Assembly (NCBI GenBank): GCA_964355075.1
Contig: CAYHCF010000004.1
Coordinates: 952 to 64,951 of the forward strand
Direction: 5' to 3'
Source of the DNA: an uncultured Chitinophaga sp.
GTDB lineage: Bacteria; Bacteroidota; Bacteroidia; UKL13-3
DNA length: 64,000 nucleotides
Position 1 is the stretch's first letter. Every line of letters starts with the position of its first letter. Below the pieces are notes generated by a model. The model made no database searches. It was given only the letters and a program-made list of their open reading frames with translations, and had not been told where the DNA came from. Below, piece after piece: positions 8,801 to 17,367 of this stretch. The translations under genes and the position numbers were made by a program.

Positions 8801-9336
8801 TAACTGCAAATACTTCGTTTGGGAAGGCCAAAGTCGTTTATTATTTAGGAGGGGTAGAAAACTGGTTACCTCCAAGATTTAATACCCAGATTTCAACGTC
8901 AATGGATCAAAACTATAGTTTTCAGGCTTTGGCATGTAACCTCAGGGGGTTTGATCAAAACATCAGAAATGGTAATTCATTCGCATTAATTAATACGGAA
9001 ATAAGAGTCCCTGTTTTTCAATACGCCTTGAACCGACCCTTGCGAAGTGAGTTTTTAAATAATTTTCAAATAGTACCTTTTTTTGATATCGGTGCTGCCT
9101 GGGTGGGTTCCAACCCGTATAGTGAAAACAATACCTTTAACCAAAAAATATACGAACAAGGTCCGATAAAGGCCAAGGTAATAAATGTCAGAGATCCCAT
9201 TGTAGCCGGTTTTGGAGGAGGTCTGCGAACTAAACTTTTTGGTTATTTTGTTCGGTTCGATACTGCCTGGGGAATTCAGGATTCAGAGGTTGCTTCAAAG
9301 CCTACCTATTATCTCTCACTCAGTTTAGATTTTTAA
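5872..9336 (+). CDS. Large outer-membrane protein: TolB/WD40-like beta-propeller region plus Omp85-like C-terminal barrel
   Basis: 1154 aa. Signal-like 'FYFCFVIGFLFFGSGKLRAQ'. Middle region has TolB-like repeat texture (NKNGKFKIWLLNTKTGK.., SDIYTYDI.., LFMYDLETN..). The C-terminus resembles a surface-antigen barrel (..ALINTEIRVP..PFFDIGAAW..GGGLRTKLFGYFVRFDTAWG) and ends ..LSLDF. The start is uncertain (TTG 5872 or TTG 5938). Confidence 0.7.
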   Translation: MLVSHKKNLTSLPFFQQIWCIILTLKKHIFYFCFVIGFLFFGSGKLRAQGINTIFGQNRMQYGRFEWSFLRTENYDAFFYSGGRELASFCAKFAEQNLSSIEKAIDHRLSGRIEIICYNTLTDFKQSNFGLEEVALNTGGYTNVVNNRVCIYFNGNHADLIRQLKDGISLVLLNELLYGGSLQDRLQNAALLNLPQWYLRGLTSFLSQPWDVDLDNRMKDLIRGKKPFKFNRLCQKDPVFAGHALWKYLADKYDPDVIANMIYITRLTRNYESAFMYVTNLDFKDIQTDFLEYYQGLYNREDNLRDLPGDQFKIKRRIAQYIQPEMKASPKGNNIAFTTNKNGKFKIWLLNTKTGKTKRIYSGGNKYNQLIIDQSFPLLAWLAGGDKLGYVYERKGQVFLRMVDLINKKKETIRFLKFDKITGIDFSENGRTIVLSAIRKGQSDIYTYDILSKKERQLTSDFYDDLYPRFVDYSTKIIFSSNRKQDSLGVALKTVIDEDNNLDLFMYDLETNSRKLKRLTHTPGLNEIQPIDYNKKYYAYLSEYNGIKNRYAVRLEEEYDYTELQVKYFDSSSKETDILVYTEVPEWKGNNFVYKGKQINLNQQVEKIDTLIHNKDIVYTYPLTNYKRNILAHDISVQGKMVYELVMDDGKYYIKYSPIIKNVEEESKNIETYPNMFRLKTGIANKPFVSGPVVFKPDKANMEEVSTETEVKIPVDTNAFFFVNEFTEPDFKRPHFILIPKTGINPNAKKNIKINAPRFYDVTFFTDKVITQIDNSIINTYYQPISPAAEHMFNPGINGMFKLGMIDLFEDYRIVGGVRLAFDLSGVDYFASFENLKKKLDQKFVFYRQSKGGGSPEGLSYKSLSHEFRYILKIPFDPINSFRISTFYRQDREITRTTTVATLDSGDVVNNWVGFKLEYVFDNTIPKGLNLWNGTRFKIFYEHYMNANDFDVQLNTLGFDFRHYEKIHRQIIWATRVTANTSFGKAKVVYYLGGVENWLPPRFNTQISTSMDQNYSFQALACNLRGFDQNIRNGNSFALINTEIRVPVFQYALNRPLRSEFLNNFQIVPFFDIGAAWVGSNPYSENNTFNQKIYEQGPIKAKVINVRDPIVAGFGGGLRTKLFGYFVRFDTAWGIQDSEVASKPTYYLSLSLDF

Positions 9337-9345
9337 ACCGGATAT

Positions 9346-11478
9346 TCAGATTGCCTCATTTTTTTTAAGATAGGCCAAGGCAAGACGAATGATATGAAAA
9401 GGAATTCTCTCATTTAAATACACAAAGAGAGGTGTCAGAATTTTTGATTCTCCTGTAGCTTTCACCGCTTTCCTTACCTCATTTATTTCAGCCATATTGA
9501 TATAGTCATCGAGGTTTTCAATTAAATTTTCCTGATACAATTGCGCAATATGTGAATACACGGAATTTGCCTGAATTCCACGGGTTTCTGCAATTTCCTC
9601 TATACTGAATCCGGCTTGTAACAGGGTTAACGTTTCTTTATAAGTATCTGTTTTCGGTGCTTTCACATCATTTCTTTTCAACCAGCTTTTTATTTCTTTG
9701 GTAAACAGGTTTCCATATTTATGTAATTTAAATTCGCCTACCCCGCTTATCGAAACCATTGCACTGATGAGGGTAGGTTTTTTTTGTGCGATCTCCCTTA
9801 AAGTGGCATCGCTGAAAATTACATAGGCCGGTACATTTTCCTTCTCCGACAACATTTTACGAACGCCCCTTAAATAGTCGAACAATTGATCGCTTAAATC
9901 CGTCGTATCGTCTTTAATCAAATCGCGTTTAACAGCAGGTTTAAAGCTGGGTGCGCTTTCTAAGGCAACCAGATTCATATGCTTTTTGTTATAAATAATT
10001 TCTTTCCCAAATTCACTTACTTTTAAGGTATAGGACTCATCGTAGGCCATTTCTACCAACCCCATGTTAAGCATTTGAAGCAGGTATTGCTGCCAGTCAT
10101 AAAAACTGTTCTCTTTACCCGCGCCAAAGGTTTTTATTTTATCATAGCCTGCTTCCATTATTTCTTTCCGGTGTGAACCTCTTAACACATCAATTAACAT
10201 ATTAATACCTACTTTTTCATCTAACCTGATCAGTGCAGAAAGTGCCTTTTGAATGAGTAAAGTTCCATCCATTTGTATACGCGGATTTTTACAAACATCA
10301 CAATTCATGCAATCGTTGCTTAATGTTTGTCCGAAATAGGCAAGCAGTATTTTTCTACGGCAGATATTGGCTTCTGCGTATTGTTGCATGCGGTTTAATT
10401 TTTCATGATTAAGTTCTTTCTGACCACTGTCATCATTGAATTTTCGCAGCATAATTAAATCACCGATATTATAATAGAGCAAGGTATCGCTGGCCAATCC
10501 ATCTCTGCCGGCTCTGCCGATCTCCTGATAATACCCTTCAATATTTTTAGGCAGATTGCTGTGTATGACAAAACGCACATTGCTTTTGTCTATACCCATG
10601 CCGAATGCGATGGTTGCACAAATAATATTTGTACGGTCATTAATAAAATCTTCCTGGGTGCGGTTTCTTTCTTCCGTTAACATGCCTGCATGGTAGTAGG
10701 AGGCTTTAATTCCGTTCCGGTTTAATTCACCGCTTAACTCTTCCGTCCCTGCACGACTCAAACAATAAATGATTCCACTTTCGTTTTTCCTGTTTTTTAT
10801 AAATTGAATGATCTCTTCAATTTTCTTTTTTTTCTTAACGCCAAATTTCACCTCCAGTGCTAAATTGGGCCGGTCGAAACTTGCCACGAAAATGTTTGGT
10901 TCCTGCAGGCCTAACTGGTTAACAATATCTTTACGCGTAATTTTATCTGCAGTTGCTGTTAAGGCAATAATAGGAACCTCCGGCCAGTTTTTCTTCAAAA
11001 GGCTTAGTTTGGTGTATTCGGGTCTGAAATCGTGTCCCCACTGGCTGATGCAATGGGCTTCGTCAATAGCAATTAAAGAGATATTTAGCTTACTCAAAAA
11101 TGCTTCTGACCCCGAGAGGAGTCTTTCGGGCGAGAGGTAAAGGAGTTTCAATTCATTTTGTTCGCATTGCCTTATTACATCTCCGGCTTCCTGGCCACTT
11201 AATGAACTGTTAAAAAAGGCCGCTTTTATCCCATTTTCACGTAAGGCTTCCACCTGATCTTTCATGAGCGCAATCAGGGGTGAAATAACTATTGTAATGC
11301 CATTTAATAATAAGGCCGGAATCTGAAAACACAATGACTTTCCTCCGCCTGTTGGCATTAATACCAGGGTGTCTTTTTTGTTTAAAACGCCCTGAATGAT
11401 TTGTTCCTGTAAAGGGCGAAAATTTTCATAACCGAAATATTTCTTGAGGATATCTTGTGGCTTAATTGTAGCTTGCAT
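9346..11478 (-). CDS. recQ: ATP-dependent DNA helicase RecQ
   Basis: 710 aa. Walker A 'MPTGGGKS' and DEAH box 'IAIDEAHCISQWGHDFRPEY'. RecQ Zn-binding cysteines (CRRK..C..C..CDVC). HRDC-like region and an extra C-terminal HTH-like tail. Confidence 0.95.
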   Translation of the reverse strand: MQATIKPQDILKKYFGYENFRPLQEQIIQGVLNKKDTLVLMPTGGGKSLCFQIPALLLNGITIVISPLIALMKDQVEALRENGIKAAFFNSSLSGQEAGDVIRQCEQNELKLLYLSPERLLSGSEAFLSKLNISLIAIDEAHCISQWGHDFRPEYTKLSLLKKNWPEVPIIALTATADKITRKDIVNQLGLQEPNIFVASFDRPNLALEVKFGVKKKKKIEEIIQFIKNRKNESGIIYCLSRAGTEELSGELNRNGIKASYYHAGMLTEERNRTQEDFINDRTNIICATIAFGMGIDKSNVRFVIHSNLPKNIEGYYQEIGRAGRDGLASDTLLYYNIGDLIMLRKFNDDSGQKELNHEKLNRMQQYAEANICRRKILLAYFGQTLSNDCMNCDVCKNPRIQMDGTLLIQKALSALIRLDEKVGINMLIDVLRGSHRKEIMEAGYDKIKTFGAGKENSFYDWQQYLLQMLNMGLVEMAYDESYTLKVSEFGKEIIYNKKHMNLVALESAPSFKPAVKRDLIKDDTTDLSDQLFDYLRGVRKMLSEKENVPAYVIFSDATLREIAQKKPTLISAMVSISGVGEFKLHKYGNLFTKEIKSWLKRNDVKAPKTDTYKETLTLLQAGFSIEEIAETRGIQANSVYSHIAQLYQENLIENLDDYINMAEINEVRKAVKATGESKILTPLFVYLNERIPFHIIRLALAYLKKNEAI

Positions 11479-11482
11479 GTTT

Positions 11483-11490
11483 CAAACATA
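11483..11490 (-). promoter_or_regulatory. Candidate Bacteroidota -7 box (TATGTTTG) for recQ
   Basis: The minus strand reads TATGTTTG-aaac-ATG. This is a perfect TAnnTTTG match only 4 nt from the start codon. Confidence 0.3.
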
Positions 11491-11534
11491 CCATTTGATT
11501 TGTAATTGAAATATTTTAGGTTCAAAATTGTCCT

Positions 11535-11873
11535 ATGCCACAGGGATCAGATTTTTTCAAAGATGTTTACGAGGTAACCCGGCTTATTCCTTATGGCCGG
11601 GTAACGAGTTATGGAGCCATCGCGGCTTATTTGGGATCCCGTTCGGGAGCACGTATGGTAGGGTATGCCATGAATGCTGCTCATGGTCAAATCCCCTATG
11701 TGCCCGCCCACCGTGTGGTTAACCGAAATGGATTATTAAGTGGCAAGCATCATTTTGGCGCTGAAAATGAAATGCAGACTTGTCTCGAAAATGAGGGCAT
11801 CCTCGTTGAAAATGACCTGATCAAAAACTTTAAAGAAGTATTTTGGGATCCAAATGAGCATTTGAGTCTTTGA
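11535..11873 (+). CDS. MGMT-family DNA-binding protein lacking the acceptor cysteine (alkyltransferase-like, ATL)
   Basis: 112 aa. 'YGRVTSYGAIA' and 'VPAHRVVNRNG'. The canonical PCHRV cysteine is Ala (codon GCC at 11706-11708). Confidence 0.8.
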   Translation: MPQGSDFFKDVYEVTRLIPYGRVTSYGAIAAYLGSRSGARMVGYAMNAAHGQIPYVPAHRVVNRNGLLSGKHHFGAENEMQTCLENEGILVENDLIKNFKEVFWDPNEHLSL

Positions 11874-11921
11874 ACCTGCTAATAACGTATGAAATTGAGG
11901 ATCAGCTAATAAAAACAAAAT

Positions 11922-12278
11922 ATGAAAAATGGGATCAAAGTAGAAGATTTTAATATCTACCGGGAAAAAATGAATGCAAAAATTTTAGGAGCGGATAATT
12001 TGGTATTGAAACGTTTGTTTAACCTGGATACCCAAACTTACGAAGATGGAGCGCTGCCTTCCGTTACGAAAGAAATGTTGGGTTTGGTGGCAAGTATGGT
12101 ATTGAGGTGTGACGATTGCATCAGGTACCATTTGGGAAAATGTTTCGATTTAGGCGTGAGCACGCAGCAACTTTTTGAAATATTTGCAGTGGCAAATATA
12201 GTAGGTGGAACCATTGTAATTCCACATACCCGTAGGGCTGTAGAGTATTGGGAAGAATTGCAAAAAGAAAAATTATAA
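11922..12278 (+). CDS. Carboxymuconolactone decarboxylase / AhpD-like family protein
   Basis: 118 aa. CxxC-type 'RCDDCIRYH' in an AhpD-like helical context. Confidence 0.75.
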   Translation: MKNGIKVEDFNIYREKMNAKILGADNLVLKRLFNLDTQTYEDGALPSVTKEMLGLVASMVLRCDDCIRYHLGKCFDLGVSTQQLFEIFAVANIVGGTIVIPHTRRAVEYWEELQKEKL

Positions 12279-12342
12279 AGTCTTTTTCGTTTTTTTTGCT
12301 TAGAGATAGTACATTAGTTGCGAAAAGAGCTGCTGAAAATTC

Positions 12343-14820
12343 ATGTTATCAAAAATTAGATTTGTTTTATTTTTAGGATGTATATTATTATTTAGCCCCT
12401 GTTTTACAATCGCTCAGGTTGAAACGGAACAGGATAGTTTAGAGTCCTTATTGCCATTTGCGAATGATCTGCAAAGAGCCGACATATTAATCGGCATTGC
12501 GAACTGCATCAAAAACACGGATACAACCAAGGCAGGTAATTATGCAAGACAAGCCTTCATCTTGTCCAGTAAATATAATTATTGCAAAGGGAAAGCGAAT
12601 GCTTCCATCCTGTTGGGGATACTTCAAAAAATTCATGGCAATTATGTTGAAGCGCTGAAATGTTATTTGTCGGGCCTTGCATTAGGCATTAAATGTAAGG
12701 AACCCGCTTCCGTATCATTTGCTTACCATAGTCTGGGAGTACTATCCTATATTCGGGGTGATTTCGGAAAGGCAATCAGATATTATATTGCTTCTGTTCA
12801 GATATCCGAAAAAATTGGCGACAAAAAGCGCGCTGCAAAAACCTATAATAATATAGGTGCGCTTTATCTTGAATTAAAAGAACTGGAAAAAGCAGAGGAA
12901 TATTTCCAGCTTTCCTTAGATTTATTTAAAGGCAATCGGGATGAAATAAATATTGCCGAAATTGAAAATAACCTTGCCAAAATTTATTTGTTAAAAGGAT
13001 ATGAATTAAAAGCACTTTATCATTTTACCAACGCCCTGGAAGTATTTAGAAAGTCGAGCAGTTCTACTGATATTTCATCGGCACTGAATAATATTGGAAT
13101 GGTTTATCTGAATAGAAAGCAATTCAAAAAATCCTTGCCCTATTTCCTGGAAGCTCATACACTCAATAAAACATACAGAGATGATATGGCTTTGGTTCTG
13201 GGTACCATAAATCTGGCGAGTGCCTATATAAACCTTAATATGAAGGATTCCGCCTTGTTTTATGCCGAATCCGGATTACAAATTGCCCAGAAAATGGAGC
13301 CCTGTGCGCTGAAATCAGAAATGTTTGAAATATTATCGCAGATTTATTTAAAGAAAAATGATTCTATAAAAAGTAAGTTTTATGCAAGTTTAAAACAACA
13401 AACCGATCAACGGTTTATATCGAAAGACCAGAAAAATGAGGTTTCAAGTATTGCCGGCCGATATGAAAATGAACGTAAAGAGACAAAACTAAAATTACTT
13501 GCCAAAGAGAATGAAATTGCCAAGCTAAAAATTATTGAACAGAAATTAGAATTAGAAACTAAAAATTTAATTCTTATCGCATTTTGCATGGTGATCTTCT
13601 TTCTTATGTTATCCATCGGACTGGTCATTTATTTATTGAGCATAAACCGGAAAAAGAAACTATTCGAAATAAGCAGTAAATCAAAAAGCGGATTGTTGCA
13701 ACAGTTGAATCATGAAATCAGAACGCCTTTGAGCGGAATTATAGGGATGAGTCAATTGGCCATTGAAAGCAAAACTTTTATTGAGTTAAAAGAATACCTG
13801 GCTAATATTAAACTTTCCAGTGACGATCTCATGTTTGTGCTAAATAATTTAATCGCCTTTCTTCAGATCGATCGTAAAACCGCCACGCCTGTTTCTTCTC
13901 CCTTCGATTTAATTGAATCTCTGGAGGAGTTATTCCGAAACTACGAATTTCAATGTAAATCAAAAGGCCTGTTATTTAACCAAATGGTTTATCCGGGTAT
14001 TCCTCGTCTGGTTAGCGGGGACAGGCAGAAATTAGTAACGATTATTCAGAATTTTTTAAGTAATGCCGTAAAACACAGTTCAAAAGGGGTTATAAAAATT
14101 GAAGTGAAACAAACTGCCCAACGTATAAAAAATGAAAAGAACCTGAGCACTATTCAATTTATTGTAAGTGATGAAGGTCCCGGGTTAAATGAAAGACAAA
14201 TAAAACAATTATTCAAAGGCAATGCCCGGGTTAATGATAAAAACACGGGATTTGGAATTGGGTTAAAAAATGTGAAAGATTTATCGGATTTAATGAAAGG
14301 TCATATTGAAGTAATTAGTGAACTGGGTGTGGGAAGCAGTTTTATTTTTGAACTTGAATTTGAGGTTTTAATTCAGCCTGCCCTAAAAATGAGTTTGCCG
14401 AATAAAGAATTTTCAAAAATCCAGCCAAATAAATATGTTATTCTTATTGCAGAGGATAATCACCTGAACCAAAAGTTATTAGCTAAAATACTGGAAAAGC
14501 AGGGATATAATTTTGGAATAGCTGAAAATGGGAAAAAGGTGCTGGATCTAATCAGGGAGAGAACATTCGATTTAATTATAATGAATATTAGAATGCCCGA
14601 AATGGACGGTATGGAAGCCTCCTATACAATCAGATCGGATGATGAATTTACGCTGGATAAGGACATCCCCATCATAGCAATAACGGCGAATGACGATGCT
14701 GACGAATTGAAAAAATGCTTCGAAATAGGAATAAACGACTATATAACTAAGCCCTTTAACAAGGAAAGTTTGCTCAAAAAAATCGAAATACAATTGGCAA
14801 AAAAGGCCATTTATTATTGA
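12343..14820 (+). CDS. Hybrid sensor histidine kinase / response regulator with N-terminal TPR sensor region
   Basis: 825 aa. Signal peptide, TPR-like repeats, coiled coil, one TM. H-box 'LNHEIRTPLSG'. ATPase boxes 'VSDEGPGL' and 'GFGIGLKNV'. C-terminal receiver (..DLIIMNIRMPEMDG..ITKP). Confidence 0.9.
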   Translation: MLSKIRFVLFLGCILLFSPCFTIAQVETEQDSLESLLPFANDLQRADILIGIANCIKNTDTTKAGNYARQAFILSSKYNYCKGKANASILLGILQKIHGNYVEALKCYLSGLALGIKCKEPASVSFAYHSLGVLSYIRGDFGKAIRYYIASVQISEKIGDKKRAAKTYNNIGALYLELKELEKAEEYFQLSLDLFKGNRDEINIAEIENNLAKIYLLKGYELKALYHFTNALEVFRKSSSSTDISSALNNIGMVYLNRKQFKKSLPYFLEAHTLNKTYRDDMALVLGTINLASAYINLNMKDSALFYAESGLQIAQKMEPCALKSEMFEILSQIYLKKNDSIKSKFYASLKQQTDQRFISKDQKNEVSSIAGRYENERKETKLKLLAKENEIAKLKIIEQKLELETKNLILIAFCMVIFFLMLSIGLVIYLLSINRKKKLFEISSKSKSGLLQQLNHEIRTPLSGIIGMSQLAIESKTFIELKEYLANIKLSSDDLMFVLNNLIAFLQIDRKTATPVSSPFDLIESLEELFRNYEFQCKSKGLLFNQMVYPGIPRLVSGDRQKLVTIIQNFLSNAVKHSSKGVIKIEVKQTAQRIKNEKNLSTIQFIVSDEGPGLNERQIKQLFKGNARVNDKNTGFGIGLKNVKDLSDLMKGHIEVISELGVGSSFIFELEFEVLIQPALKMSLPNKEFSKIQPNKYVILIAEDNHLNQKLLAKILEKQGYNFGIAENGKKVLDLIRERTFDLIIMNIRMPEMDGMEASYTIRSDDEFTLDKDIPIIAITANDDADELKKCFEIGINDYITKPFNKESLLKKIEIQLAKKAIYY

Positions 14821-14960
14821 TTAATATCACATCTGATTCCATCTCCAGGTTGATTTTCAAATACCTGTTTACGCGTATGAATGCATAAAAGATGATATAT
14901 ATTATTTCCATTCGGAAATTTATATTCTTACAGTATATTCGCACCTCAAATAAAGAAAAT

Positions 14961-15845
14961 ATGTCAGTTTTAGTTGATAAAAACTCAAAGGTAATCGTGC
15001 AGGGTTTTACGGGTAGTGAAGGATCATTTCATGCCCAACAAATGATTGAGTACGGTACCAATCTGGTGGGTGGTGTTACTCCGGGCAAAGGAGGTCAGAC
15101 ACACCTTGATAAACCCGTTTTCAATACAGTGAAAGATGCAGTTGATACGGCAGGTGCCAATGTTTCCATTATTTTTGTGCCCCCTGCCTTTGCAGCTGAT
15201 GCCATCATGGAAGCAGCTGAAGCGGGAATCCGGGTAATCGTTTGCATTACAGAGGGCATTCCGGTAGCTGATATGATTCGTGTGAAAGAATACATTCAAT
15301 CCCGTAATTGTACCCTTATTGGTCCAAATTGCCCTGGCGTTATCACTCCAGGTCAGGCCAAAGTTGGGATTATGCCGGGTTTTGTATTCAAGGAAGGCCG
15401 TGTTGGAATTGTGTCTAAATCAGGAACATTAACCTATGAAGCAGCAGATCAGGTGGTAAAAGCCGGTTTGGGTATTTCAACGGCTATTGGTATTGGTGGT
15501 GATCCGATTATCGGAACTTCAACAAAAGATGCTGTAGAACTATTTATGAACGACCCGGAAACGGATGCCATTGTTATGATTGGTGAAATTGGTGGCAATT
15601 ATGAAGCGGATGCCGCCCGTTGGATCAAAGCAAATGGGAATAAAAAACCGGTAGTTGGTTTCATTGCGGGTCAAACTGCTCCGGCCGGTCGAAGGATGGG
15701 ACATGCCGGCGCCATTATCGGCGGGAAAGACGATACCGCTGCAGCAAAAATGGCCATTATGCGTGAGTGCGGTTTGATGGTTGTTGAATCACCGGCCGAA
15801 ATTGGTTCAGCCATGCTACAGGCCTTAAAAGCGAAAGCGAATTAA
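14961..15845 (+). CDS. sucD: Succinate--CoA ligase subunit alpha
   Basis: '[21 protein letters not shown]' N-terminus and phosphohistidine loop '[12 protein letters not shown]'. The ORF-track extension 14892-14960 was rejected. Confidence 0.95.
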   Translation: MSVLVDKNSKVIVQGFTGSEGSFHAQQMIEYGTNLVGGVTPGKGGQTHLDKPVFNTVKDAVDTAGANVSIIFVPPAFAADAIMEAAEAGIRVIVCITEGIPVADMIRVKEYIQSRNCTLIGPNCPGVITPGQAKVGIMPGFVFKEGRVGIVSKSGTLTYEAADQVVKAGLGISTAIGIGGDPIIGTSTKDAVELFMNDPETDAIVMIGEIGGNYEADAARWIKANGNKKPVVGFIAGQTAPAGRRMGHAGAIIGGKDDTAAAKMAIMRECGLMVVESPAEIGSAMLQALKAKAN

Positions 15846-15888
15846 GTTAGTTAATTTTGAGAGCATTCAATTAAGGAGCAGAACTCTC

Positions 15889-15925
15889 AGAAGCTGTATA
15901 AAAATAATATTTATAGACAGCTTCT
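15889..15925 (+). terminator. Hairpin downstream of sucD (candidate intrinsic terminator)
   Basis: AGAAGCTGT (15889-15897) pairs with ACAGCTTCT (15917-15925), with AT-rich extension of the stem. The following T tract is weak (TTATT). Confidence 0.45.
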
Positions 15926-15967
15926 TATTGAATAATTATCCTCAGATATTTAATTTAGAAAAATAAT

Positions 15968-16012
15968 TCACACATTTTGTGTGACACATTTTGTGTGATT
16001 TATTTTGTGTGT
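15968..16012 (+). promoter_or_regulatory. Three tandem 14-bp units containing the palindrome TCACAC-ATTTT-GTGTGA
   Basis: CACATTTTGTGTGA occurs at 15971-15984 and 15985-15998, with a degenerate third unit TTTATTTTGTGTGT at 15999-16012. The array ends 26 nt before the ATG of the ATPase gene at 16039. Confidence 0.5.
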
Positions 16013-16038
16013 CCTGAAAATTGTTGTAACATTGCACC

Positions 16039-17187
16039 ATGGGAAACAATTTTAATCCTTTTTTGGTTTCAGGATATAAGGGTTCCGACTATTTTTGTGA
16101 TAGAGACCAAGAAACAAAGCAACTAAGGAATCACATTGCCAATAATAAAAACACAACCCTATTTGCCATCAGAAGAGTTGGCAAAACGGGCCTCTTGCAT
16201 CATGTATTCAATTCTTATTCAAAAAACAATAAAATTGCCTGTATTTATGTTGATATTTTGGGTACCAGAAATATTAAAGAATTTACCAATCAACTTGCCA
16301 CTGCCATTTACAACCGCTTTCCTGAGAATAAAAGTATTGGGAAAAATATAATATCAACAATAAAATTATTACGTCCATTGATAAGTTTTGACGCCTTATC
16401 TGGCAGTCCTGAGTTATCTTTCGAGTTCTCTAATGAAAAGCTATACGAAAAAACAATTTCACAAATATTTACATTTTTAGATAAACAAAACATTCAGGTA
16501 GTATTTGCCATAGATGAATTTCAACAAATTTTGAATTACCCGGAGCAAAATGTTGAGGCCATATTACGTTCACAAATACAACAATTAAACAATACGTTAT
16601 TTGTTTTTTGTGGCAGTAACCAAAAAATGATGCATGAAATTTTCAATAGTGCCAAAAGACCCTTTTTTGCCAGTTGTACCAGTATGCACCTCGATTTCAT
16701 TGATGGCAAATTATACCATGACTTTATTGTAACTCTATTTAAGAGGAATAAGAAATTTATAACTGAAAATGCAGTATCATTTGTGTTGGATTGGACCCGG
16801 AAACATACTTTTTATACCCAGTATTTGTGTAACTATTTATTTGCCATCTATCCTGTCAAAATAGATTTAGAAGACGTTCATAAGGCAATAATAGAAATTT
16901 TCGAGCAGCATGAAAACATTTATTATCAGTACAAAAACCTGCTAACGGCGGCTCAATGGAATTTATTACAGGCAATTGCAAAGGAGGATAAACTCTATAA
17001 TCCACATTCCAAAAAAGTGATTCAAAAATATAAATTAGGTACTTCATCTATGGTCACCAGAGGTATGGATGCTTTGTTAGCAAAAGAATTGATATATTAT
17101 AACGCAGGAATAGCAAATCCATATTATGAAGTGTATGATAAATTTTTGATGCGATGGCTTCAATACAAACACGTGCATCTATCTTAA
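16039..17187 (+). CDS. AAA ATPase (archaeal-type ATPase / DUF234-like)
   Basis: 382 aa. Walker A 'IRRVGKTGLL' and Walker B 'VFAIDEFQ'. C-terminal winged-helix-like region typical of this family. Confidence 0.8.
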   Translation: MGNNFNPFLVSGYKGSDYFCDRDQETKQLRNHIANNKNTTLFAIRRVGKTGLLHHVFNSYSKNNKIACIYVDILGTRNIKEFTNQLATAIYNRFPENKSIGKNIISTIKLLRPLISFDALSGSPELSFEFSNEKLYEKTISQIFTFLDKQNIQVVFAIDEFQQILNYPEQNVEAILRSQIQQLNNTLFVFCGSNQKMMHEIFNSAKRPFFASCTSMHLDFIDGKLYHDFIVTLFKRNKKFITENAVSFVLDWTRKHTFYTQYLCNYLFAIYPVKIDLEDVHKAIIEIFEQHENIYYQYKNLLTAAQWNLLQAIAKEDKLYNPHSKKVIQKYKLGTSSMVTRGMDALLAKELIYYNAGIANPYYEVYDKFLMRWLQYKHVHLS

Positions 17188-17367
17188 TTCTGTATGAAAC
17201 GGTTTCGATTTCTAAATACGAAAGCATGAATGAAAATAATCTATTCAAAGAAGCTGCTGTTAATCCTGGTACCTTTTCCGCATCTGCCAAACGGCAAAAC
17301 CATTGAAACAATGACCTTTAATAATGGATTATACTAAAATAGTTTTCAAAGTCATTAATTTGCAATC

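Noticed and set aside
14892-14960. Upstream extensions of sucD (14892), accD (31737), the T9SS protein (45727), the GNAT gene (30750), the PPIase (23393) and others in the ORF track
   Set aside because: The extensions overlap neighbouring genes or encode non-conserved hydrophobic junk. Internal ATGs reproduce the family-typical N-termini or signal peptides.
14961-15845. sucD without an adjacent sucC as an anomaly
   Set aside because: As far as I recall, separated sucC and sucD genes are common in Bacteroidota, so this is not unusual.
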